From Phoronis australis (lineage: Eukaryota > Animalia > Phoronida): DNA of 56,804 nt. The stretch spans positions 1,021,193-1,077,996 of the forward strand of contig NMRA01000077.1 of assembly GCA_002633005.1 (NCBI GenBank), written 5' to 3'. The translations under genes were made by a program, and so were the position numbers. The notes beneath the pieces are model-generated. The model was not told the DNA's origin, made no database searches, and saw nothing but the letters and a program-made list of their open reading frames with translations. This document shows positions 36,301 to 48,300 of this stretch, in pieces; position 1 is the stretch's first letter, and each line of letters begins with the position of its first letter.

Positions 36301-39300
36301 CCAAGTTTGTATCCTAAAAAGTCCTTAACGGATTTTCATGAAATTTGGTATGTAGGCACCTATTAGTGAGATGACGTTATCCTTCCATTTTCAGATGGAT
36401 TCGACATAGTTTGCGCCTCCTAGTGGCCGTTTTTACTGTTTTCGAGTCTGTTTTTTTGCGAACACTCCTTTATCAACCAAACTACTCAAAGGATGATTGT
36501 GAAAATTGATATGTATGTGCTTACTATGAAGAAGACAGTTGATGATGATTTTCTGACGATTTCAACTATTGTGGCGCCTCCTAGTGGCAGTTTTTTTTGC
36601 GCCTATGGCTGTATCTCCTAAACTGAAATTTAGTAAGATTTTATATGATGTTAGCAACGGATGACGACCACTTTTGGACAGATCTGACTCCTGGTGTGCC
36701 ACCTTGTGGCCATTTTTACTGTTTTCGAGTTTTTTGGCGTCCACTCATCTATCAATCAAACCGTTTTCAGGATAATTGTGAAAATTGGCATGTATGTTTT
36801 ACTATGAAGTGGACGGCTGACGATGATTTTCTGACGACTTCGACTACTGGGGCGCCTCCTAGTGACAGTTTTTTTTTGCGCGCATGGCAATATCTCCTAA
36901 ACTGTTTGCAGGATCTTTACTTAATTTAGCAAGTGTATTTATATGATGTTGGCTACGGATGACGATGACTTTCAAACAGATCTGACTACTGCTGTGCCCC
37001 CTAGTGGAAATTTTAGTTTTTTATGTTTAACTCTGTATCTTCAAAGGTCCTCAACAGATTTTCATAAAATTGTAAATAGAGGCATCTATTGGTGTGATGA
37101 CCCTATCTTTCTGTTTTTGGATGGAATCGAGGTATTTTGCACCACCTAGTGGCCATTTTTGCTGTTTTCAAATCTTGTTTTTGGCTTCCACCCCTGTATG
37201 AACAAAGTCATTTGGAAATTGGCATATATGTTCTCAGTGTGAAGATGACCTTTGATGATGGTGACTGACTTCTGTGGCGCCTCCTAGTGGTAGTTTTGTT
37301 TTGCGCCCATAGTTGTATTTCCTAAACCCACTGTAGGATCTTTACTAAATTTAGTAAATGTATTTATATGAAGACAACAAAAGACGACAACGACTTTCAG
37401 GCGGATCAACCGGACACTGTGCCAACTAGTGGCAATTTCATTTTATTCTGTTTTCCTTTGTTTCTCTGGAGTTCCTTGACAGATTTTTATGAAATATGGC
37501 ATGTTCCTGTTTTTGGATGGATTGTATGTTTTTGCGCCATCTAATGGCCATTTTTATGATACAAATAAATAACCCTAAAAGACACCATTTGCAATGCATT
37601 CGTGGGCGCACTTCAACGCTCTGCGTTGCTCTTGTTTGCAATTAAGGCAGTCGATTCGGCAAATTTGAAAACCAAAAACAGGAAAAAAACAACGCAACCA
37701 AATCAAATCAAAGACCTACATGTTCCAACTTTACAAATATCATTCCTGGCAGAGTGTTATTGTCTCGTCTGCTCTTTCATGAATTTCAGAGTGCGAGGAA
37801 TTGAGAAAACTGTAATTTGAGCAGTAAATACAGAATGAAAGAACAAACAGTTTAATGAAAATAATTCAACATTATATGGAGTGTATTGTAAACAAGTATA
37901 CAATATAAAGCAAATAATTAAAATATGAAATAATGTACATTCACGTTAACATACTCTCTCCCAAAGTTTATTAGAACAAGGCCATTTATAGGTGCTTGTG
38001 GAACTATTTCCTTGACAACGATAGTGCGCTCACAATGTGCTATTCAAAACCACCGGTGTTCTCACGCCACTTTTTTTATCACCAGACTTCAGCCAGAGCA
38101 GAATCGTGTATAGGTATTTCTTATTGGAAAGTCACCCAGCATCATAATAAGATTATGATATATGTAAAAAGCACACACTCAGATACCTCTATTGCCACAG
38201 GTCGTGGGTTGAGGGGGTCTTGGGTCGGGGCGTTTGTATTTTGAGGGGGTCGAGGGTGTGGGGGTCAAAGGGGTTTCAGAACAATCCCCCATCTAAAGCC
38301 GACTTGCTGTTGGTGCCATTCAATTTTCTTAGAATAAGATCTGACAAATCAGGTACAACTGGGTTTCAATTCATACACTAATGGCATCTGGCGGTTCATA
38401 TTGAAAGCTCATGACGTATGAGGAATGACGTCTCGTTTACATATATCAGTGACATCTAACTAAGAGGAAACGTGCCCGAGCAGAGGCGTCTTTTATAAGA
38501 CTAAAATATGTCATGTTCAAGGCTTCCCAGTGCCACAAATATGCAGCTTTTGAGGACCAAAGTGGTGTCATTTTGTAGGTAAAGAATTCAACTTTCAAAC
38601 ACTATGCTTGAATTGCTGACAACTCGAACATTTACTTTTGAAATCATGTTTGAAAAGACGTTAAAATGGGCCAAACCAGTTGTTCCTTCCTCAGGTAATG
38701 AATTCCTGTTATAACTTAAGAATTAACTGGAGAGAATGGTTATCATGCTGCTTTTAATGTCGAGGCCTATTTTGATCATGATTTTAAAGTATGAATTAAC
38801 ATGTTTGCATCATTTCTTTTAATGCAACATAGATGATGATGGTGCAGGTAAGTTATCTGAGAAGTTAAAGTCCCATATACGACATGGTTATGGTAAAGTT
38901 ATTCAGTTTAGAACACAAATTGACATATAAGTGAAATGTCATTTGGCCAAATTTCTCATCAGCATTTAATTTTACTGGTTTTGTTGGTTGTAATCATGGT
39001 TTGCTGATTTCAGAAGACGGAGAACAAAGATGAATAAAGTATTGAGCATTTGGAACTTAGAAAAATGGAAAAGTGGCAATTTTATCAATTATTTTTGTCC
39101 CAAATTAAACAAGTTTTACTGATACAGCTTGATGTGAAGATGATATAGTTATGGGTTGTAGTTTTTCTGTACTTTGATATTTAAATTGTACAATGGTATT
39201 ACAGTTCAAGCCTTATACTGAATTGTGGAGAAAGTTTTACCTTGCCATCAGGAACAGTGATTGTTGACAAAACTGAATGTAGCTTGCCGTCATAGAGTGA

Positions 39301-42300
39301 TTTCCTTTCTGTAAACGTGTTGTTTGAGCATTTGGCAGGGTTATTGTAGTGTCAGCATATATAAAAGTGCATGAATGTTCAAAGATGAACTTGTGTTGCT
39401 TCTCCATTAGTGAAACTCTAATCTGTTGGAAGTATATTGTGTTATTTGCAACTTAACTTTTGCCACTGACTCCTCTCAGCAAGAGACATTGGTGTTGCTT
39501 CTTCTCTGATTTAAACACCAAATGGCACAGATGGCTATTGTGTTATTGCATTTATTTTTCGTGTCACATCTTCTAGCGATTGCTGCCATTGCGGTAGGTA
39601 GGATTTAAACTTTACCATTACAGGGGAGTTGCACAACTCGGCAGCTTAATTAACCTAATACCGTAACGGTAATCTCTCTAGATTACAATTATGAAAGGTG
39701 GTAGCTTAGAAATACCAGTGTTCGTGATCTTGTGGTATTCGTATATTGAAGAATGTTGGTCAGGGTACGCCCAGCTTGTATTTCAAGAAAGGTTAAAAAA
39801 TACCACAAAAACATGCTGGTGACAACAAATCAGAACTTACAAGTTCATGGCTAATCTAAGAAATGGAATCAAGCGTACGATTACCACCAATGACACTTTA
39901 ATCAAGAAATTTTAAAAACTCCTCGGTGACGTGTGCTTACCCAAATATGGCCCAGGGTCATTTAGCTGAAGACGTGCAGATCAGGAACTGCTGCCTGGGG
40001 ACTCAGTACTACTGAGTATGATGAACAGTGAATTGTGCAGTGAACCTGTGAACAGTTAACGGCACGTCATTCTCACGCTCCACAACACTCAAGTGGACGA
40101 CCCACGATCTTTCAGATACATGCTGTAAGGGTCTCCTGTCATAATACATAAACAACGACTGCGTGGTTTGAAATTGGCACTGACGAAATCTATAGAGTGT
40201 GCCGCATACTCTCATTCTATGCAAGAGGAAATCCATTTTTCAAAAGAACTCGTCTTTTCTCAATGTTTAAACGCTAAGTTACAGTTTGATTTTATATCTC
40301 TCAAGGAGAAGTAACACCAGTTATGTGTTGCGACTTTGACATGATTTTCCATATAGTATTCAGTGCTAACGGAGCAAACTTGAATCACCTGATAATGGAA
40401 ATCTGCAGGCAGTTGAAGTATTTCAAGGCTTTTTATTTCATGCAACACTGAGTCATTGAATGTGTGAACAACATATTAAGTTACAGGATTTTTTGTTGTG
40501 ACATCTTCACTGAATTATTGACCTGCTCATCAGTCTTTCAGCTAGAAAGGGAAATCTGCCATGGATTTTATTCAACAGGATGATTTTCAATCAATGGAGT
40601 TCCTAAATTTGGACTCCAAACAAAAGGAGGTTGTTGCACAACTTTATCAAAGATAGACTTTGTTGACAATTCTTTCACTGCAGATTCTTGGTGCAATAAG
40701 CTATTACTTAAAGGTATGCATAACTGAAGAAAAGCTATTGGTCAAAAGATTTGGCTTTTATTCAGTTGTCCTAGGATTCTGTCTACCTTATGGTTTTTGT
40801 TTTACATCGTTTTGGGGGTAATGATTATCTTATGTCAACTGTTTTTAGTGGCAGTAAGACCCAGGACAGGTATTGTATATTTGCAGTGTACCCCTTGTGT
40901 TGCAAAATTTGTGTTTATGGCCCATTTTGTTTTGTCCATTTTTGTTAACAACAAACTTTTAAGTTCAGAAATGTTTTAGCATTTTTGTCATTAAGATCTA
41001 TTTGAAACACTTTCTTTCAATGAAAATTTTGCATTTATATCTATTCAGAAAATATGAAAACTGAAAAGTTTCACAACTGCCATATAGAGAATTGGTTTTA
41101 ATGTTGCAGTGTTTGCTGTAGTTTGACAATTAGGGTCAAAGTCATCATGATGTTCTAGTTGAGGACACCTTATTGTTTATTGGACCTGATTGTGTTGTTG
41201 TGGTTATGGTAGCCATAGATCAAACAGGTTATATGTATTTATTGTTTAACCTTAATTTTGTGTTGAATTTTCCTCTGTTGTCCTGTCTTCAGTCACTGTA
41301 TCTCTTGTTGGTTGTCTTGAATCTGCTAAGTAACTTTGTTTGTGTTTTGACTTGAACATTGTGAAAATTAAGGGTACGTTTGACCCTAGAAAAATTCCAA
41401 ATTTGGCTAGTAATTTGGGAATATCATATTGTCAAGAGTAGCTTTTTGTATTCATGTGAAACTTGGGAATATCATATTGTCAAGAGTAGATGTTTGTATT
41501 CATATGAAACTTTCAGACACCGTGCTTTATGCATTGTTCTCTAAAACGCTTTAGGAATTGTTTTGGAAATTTTTCATTTTTATATGAGGGGCTATCAAAA
41601 CTAAAACTGATAATTTTTTTGAAAAAATCAGAAGTTGCATAAAACGAAAATGAAACGATAACTTAGAAAACTGTAACAGTTTTTTGAGATTCCATCTTGA
41701 ACAGTTATATCAACTGAAATTTGGTCGTGTTATTGATACCAGTTTTGCTGCAAATGTACCTTTTTGTGGTAAATTTACTGAATATGCTTGGTCACGTATA
41801 AACAGCAAAAACAAATTCTACACATCAGGCATTTTAATTCAGAAAATATACTTTTACTAAACTAAAAATCCATTGTTTTGAAAATTGACTGAATGCACAA
41901 CTTGTTAATAAGGTCCTTCAAAATCTTAATGCAAAACATATTAATTTTGTTTCGATTAGTTTTTATCAGTTTTCAGAAGGCTGAATTTTATAGAAATGCA
42001 CCGTTCTTTATTTTATTTGTTGAAGTTCTACTTAAGATTATGCAGAAGTCTGAAGAAATTGTATTGCAAAATATGCAACATTTTTGAAAACTATAGGAAA
42101 ACTTAATGTACTAAATAATTTGACTGATAGTTCTTTGGAATGCACTGCCCTGAATGGTAAGTGTGTTTTTACAATAGCATGCCTTTACACCTTTAAAAGG
42201 TTCATGCTACAGGGTCAAACAATTACTAACGGATGACTTTTCGTGGAGGGATGAGGCTCCCTAGAAATTGACCCCTTTTTATGTCCACGACGTAAAAGTG

Positions 42301-45300
42301 CGGGTATGTTAAACCAGTGTTATTCCTGTCAGGAATTAATAGTAATTGATTTTATTGACTGTCACTGTGTTGCTTGTCAAGTTAGTAGGGAAAGGTGAAG
42401 CCAATGAGCATATTTCCTTCAATAATTTGCAGCCTCAGGCAAAGTATAGGTGACAACCATTGATGCTAATTTTTTTACCATTGGGGTGAATTAGGATTAA
42501 AGTTTGACAAAGTTGAAATTGTTTAGGGTTTCCTTATATTTCCCTTTCTGTTGTACTTTACTAAAGGTACCTGACTTGTAACTAGCTTATATCCCTCTAT
42601 TTACAATTCTCGTTCCAGGCCCAACTCCATTGCACCTGGCCTGCAGGTGTGGTTCTTTGGATGTGGTCTCATGTCTGGTGGCTAACTATGCCAATATCCT
42701 GGTGATGGATCAAGACGGCCAGGCCCCTATACATTACGCTGCATACTTCAATCATCAGGCTGTCATAAGACTGCTCGTGCGCAAGTATGAGACACTACTG
42801 GAATTGACCACTCAGAACGAGTGAGTATTTTTGTTGGCATCTCGATGCCAGGATATTTTTGTGTTGTGAATCTTCACCTGTTTACGTCTATTTGCAGTCA
42901 CCCTGTAGGGTTTTAATGTCATGGTAAACCTTCATTCAGATACCACTCAGAGTGAGTAATGTATTTTTGCAATAGATATTATGTATGATAAATCTTCGCC
43001 AATTTACGACTCGGCATCATGCAAAAATGCAATCTCATTTTTGGTAAACAATTTCAAAATATTTATTTAATATGAAGCTTACTTCAATGTTACCATAGAT
43101 TGCACAATCAAGCTGTCCTAAAATAACATTGTTTGGCTGTGAAAAATCCAAAAATAATTATTTTGGAAATTATTTACATACAAATTTTACTGAAGACTTA
43201 CAGTATATTATTGTTGTAATAATTTGCTTGTATTTTTCTCATAGTGTGGTGGAAAACCGAGTAATTTTGTCAAATTTCACAATTAATGTTCTTTAAGAAA
43301 ATCTTAAAACATGGTGTATTGTAGTGTGCACATGTTAGTAGTTTTAGCTAGAAAATGAAACCATGGTTATTTCATAACATTTTGAGTTACTGTATTTATA
43401 ACTAAATAATCTAACCTCAGATAATTCATAAAATTTTGAATATTTATAGCTAGACAATCAGACCACAGTTAATTCATGACCAACAGTCTAGTATTTGCAT
43501 TTTCCTTTAAATATATTAAGACTTAGCCGCGTTCAGCTAGTGCTCTCCCCACTTCAGGTTGAAGTCCAGTCCACTCCTGTTGGCGGCTAGCTCGGGAGCT
43601 CTTGACGCTGTCAAGTGTCTGATCAGTCTTGGCGCCAACATCAAAAAACGTGACGAGGCAGACAACAACATGATTCACTTGGCGGCGCTCAGGTTTCACA
43701 CAAATGTCCTTGAGTATTTTATTGTCTGGAATAACAAGGATGTTGACGTGTGGAAGACATTAGTTGGTAGTTATATTTTTGATAATTGTTTAGAAATAAT
43801 TTCAATGAACTTGAACCATTAGATGTACATTGATGTTATATTTAATTTAATTTGACAATGCAATAAGAATCAGCAGTGAATTGCAACCCAGTACATAACA
43901 CTTGGGCAATTCAGTTACTGCCCGTGAATGACAATGAAATTCAGATGCCTTTGGGTTTACAACTGGTATGAGGTGACTGGTGAATCTTGTGCGCCTGGAA
44001 AAAATCTGATTGAAACTATAGTGTAAACACAGAATCTTGTAAATGTTTATTGAGTTATCACATGTCAGGTGCACCAGATTCTGCAGATGATAATGAATAC
44101 TATTAAAAATAAATTTCAGGGTTTTCTAATTGTAATTCACTAGGAAGCGTTTATTAAACTGGAAAAATAAGTGTGAAGATAAAGACTTAAGAGCCAAATG
44201 GAATGTGCCACTATACTCTTAAAATGTGCCACCATACTCTTAAAATGTGCCACCATACTCTTAAAATGTGCCACCGTACTCTTAAAATGTGCCACCATAC
44301 TCTGAATATCTAGACCAACTCAATATCTAGACCAACTCAATATCTAGACCAACTCAATATATAGACCAACTCACTATCTAGACCAACTCAATATCTAGCA
44401 CCTTGCCCTGATTCTTCTAAACCTAAATATGCCACAAGATGATATCAGAGAGGACAGCTTCCTACAAAGTACCTGCCGCAGTTGATACCTGACGGCAAAA
44501 TATCAAAATGTACCTAATTACCATCCTATTTAGTAATCTCTAGGCGTAGGAGATATCAAATGCTATTGAGATGTATTTTGTCTGTGGTATGTGTTTAGAA
44601 TAAAGTACATTACAAACAGTTTGATATTGTTTGAATGTGAGAAAGAATTTGGTTTAAATTATTCAGGAATTCCAAATGAATTAAATACTTGTAAGCCCTT
44701 TCTTTGACTGCATTATTTTATTTTAAAGTGTTTTAAACTCCAGTCTCTGAATTTCAGTTCCATGTTCTGAATGTTCATGGCAGTGTATGTTTTTTTAACA
44801 CAGTTGTGAACTTTGTTTCTAGAAATGCTGTGCTCAGAATCCTTCCAGAAGAAAGACAGTGCTGTGCGGTGTTTAGAGGTTCTGTCCACTGCAGCTCATA
44901 GCCACTGGGTGTCTATACTGAATGCTGGTGAGTTCACTCTATATTTTATATATTTGGTCTCATTTTCAAATTATTTTGCAGTTACTTGAAGTGGCTGCTT
45001 GCAATCCTTCAAGTAACTAACTATTGATTTGGCCCACTTGGTGCCAACTTGTTCCTTGCACAGATTACAAATGATTTGTGATTTTGCATAGAACTGATTG
45101 TTTTAAACCAGGCTCAAACATTTGGCTTGTCACTTTGCTTTATGTATGTGCCAAGCATTCTCCAAATCAAGCATGAATGAACTGTCACTTCTTGGTTTCA
45201 TCTGGAAGGATGTTGAGATCAGGGGCCCGTTCCAACAAAACTGACTTAGCTAAGACAAATCTTAAATTTTACAAATTTTAAGATAAATTTTAAATTTGTC

Positions 45301-48300
45301 TCGAGACCGTTTCAAGAAAGAGATCTTAAGTTTGAATTAAGCTTTTGATAAAAGTTTTGTCTTAATTTTAACTTTCTTACCGGATGTGGAAGTTTCAAAG
45401 CATGGAAGTTAAGACAAATCTTAAGTCTGCGTGTTTGTGGTTTAAATCAAAACTTTGTTTCTGTGATGGATTGCTAGTTTATAACTACTACTAAACTGTG
45501 AGCGTTTCAGGTGGCATCCCAGCCTTGGTGGATCTCTTGAAAATTGATTCTGAAGAACTCCAATCGGTGGCAGCATCTGTCTTGTGTAACATCTCGGAAC
45601 AAGAACCAATCAGGCAAGCTCTGGCCAAGACCTGTGCTGCTCCTATATTAATCAAATTATTGGGTGAGTTGTTAAATCATGTGAAAAGCTGAAAACATGT
45701 CACTTGTTGGTCAACTTTTTTAAAGTTGTTTTATTCTGTTGGGAGGAATTGGAAATTATGTCAGAGATTTTATAGTGAGTGATATTGAGTGGGAACATCC
45801 CCTGTCACACCTTTGTTATAATTGTTACCTTTTTACAAGTTTATGTTGCATGTAAGTTTCTGTACGTGTGCTTGTATTATGTATTTGGTTCACTTGTGCT
45901 TTGTTGTTTTGATTGCAGTTGTCACGAAAAGTTGCAGTATAAGTTCTGATCAGAAGTAGATATCAGCTCTTCTAGTATCCTGTAATCCTTTTTTGTGGCT
46001 AGAATGGGTCTCTTGGACTGTATCTGTGGCTTGTATTAATATATTATTGTTTCACATTTCAAAAAATATATTTTTGTTTTTGATGCGAAAATTTAAGTCT
46101 TGTCTTCTGGAAACTCGATTTATGTAGTTTTTCAAGTATTTCACCTGGATGAATGATAATGCCTATCATCCCATCATAACGCAATCACATGGTGATAGAC
46201 TGTCAAAAGTAGCCAGCACACCTGTGTGGGACAGTCAAAATTAACAAGCAAACAGCAAATGTTGACAGCATTAAGATAACAATTGTCTTCTTAAGTAAGA
46301 CATTTTTCAAGTTGGTGATTATAGTGTGTCTAATTTATAGTGTGTGTGGTGTTTTTGTAGGGAACAAAATAAACAAATAACATTTTCTTTTCTCCTAAAT
46401 AGGATCGCCCATCGATGACATCCACTCTCGTTGTTCAATTGTCCTCTCTGACCTGGCCTGCGTAGATGACCACCAGAATGTCATCGCTCAGCAGGGGGGT
46501 ATACTGCCCCTGGTCAACCTGCTGGATTCTGAGCTAGAAGATGTACTGGTCAATGCTGTCAATGCCATCCGGGTTATGTGTACTGATAACCAGGAGAACC
46601 AGACAGCCGTCGCAAAACATGGTGGGATTGAGCCGCTGGTGGAATTTCTGACTGTTCCTTCTGGTAAGACTGGGTTCAGAACTTTAAGTTCATAAAAAGA
46701 CATAGTTTGGTACCAAAACAACTCCTTTTCAATACAAAGAATAGTTGGATGTGAACCCATTGCACAAGGCAGCTTTTGTGCGCACAGTGCTGTTAATTAG
46801 GGAAGCCCATCAGTTAATGATGTTATCACATTTCAGAGGAGTCCATTCTGAATGTAGGGGTGTATGGTTATATAATCAATGATTATGATGACACGTCAGT
46901 GAGACAGGCACATTATACTCAGTCATATAAGGCTAAGAACTAACATGGAATACGAGAGTTATAGCGATGAGTCTTCCAGCAACGGAATTTTAGAAAGTTT
47001 TTAACTCAAATGTGTCGAAGTATCGGACACAGAGACTATTTACAGTGAAGCACCGCGAGAGTGGGCTATTGAGAATGCAAACGGACCTTAGGCCTATAGG
47101 TTTGAACCAGTGGCCACAAGTGCACTGTTTGTTTTAGGTGTAGACTTGGATACAACGACAGAGGATCGCATCACTTCCGATGTTTCATCCTTTTAAGTGG
47201 AAGAACAAAATACAGCTGCAAGTCTGTGAATGAATATTAGGCAAATGCATTATTTTTCTTTTCGTTTCACTAACTACTTCAAATTAAATAAAATACAAGT
47301 CTTACGATCGGGGCTGGTATACGCATAAACTGAAATATGTGACAAATTTTGTTATTTCATCCTGCATTTCCTGGTGTGCATAGGTGTAAGGCAAGGTGAT
47401 ATGAATAGTTTTGTTGTATGCAGTTTATGAATTGAATGTTGTATTTTTTCACAAAAAATGATTTTTAATTTAATATCCATTTTCAGCAACTGTCAAAAGG
47501 GATGGGTCAAAATCACCAAAAGTCATAAAATTTTATTGTGACACATAATCCTTGAAAAACAGCTGACTTTCATACAAGAAATGATTTCAAAACAATGTCA
47601 AATATTTTTAGGAAATTGTAAGGTCAACCAAATGGGCAATTCACAGATGGTACAAAAAACTGAAAGTTGTGCAAAGTATTTTGTAGCAATGTTTATCAAA
47701 ATGTATTAAATTTAAATCTTCACCAGTTACAAAGTAGCCGTTTGAACCTCAGTTCAGCAATAGGTGCCATATTGTCAGTGCCAAAATGAAAGTGGATAAT
47801 TTCTGGTGTCCCATTCTCCCATGCAAAGTGGGCTTATTTCAGTTTGAATGTGACCTCCAAAACTGCGCTGTCTGGAGTTTTGCAGCAACAATGCAACCTT
47901 GTGTGCGCAAAATCTGCGAGTTGTTTGAGTCAAGTCCAGTGGGTTTCAGTGATATGTTAAACTTTCGTCCTTGATTTTGTTGCAGCTGAACACGGCTATT
48001 TATTTCATGCATCTGTCAATTCGCATGAAAATTTCCACTCATATTTTATGGTGTATGACCATGAGAGCCATGTCTTAAATTGTTTACTTTTTGCTCAGAC
48101 AGCAGAAATATTGCACGCACAGGGATATTATTAGCGCTGGGGCCAGCGTCATTGGTGCATAAATATTGCACGCACAGGGATATTATTAGCGCTGGGAGTG
48201 AATACAGGCCCCTTTCGACAACCAGTGCAGAGGACAGTTCATCATTTAATAAACAGATCGGTGAGCCAAACTGTGATAAGTTTATTGTGGACTTGTCTAA

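Noticed and set aside
40590-40710. LDSKQKEVVAQLYQR fragment reminiscent of a RecQ-type helicase start
   Set aside because: Stop codon and no recognisable Walker A (PTGxGKS); similarity too weak
46488-46760. 90-aa minus-strand ORF
   Set aside because: Antisense shadow of ANKAR exon 11
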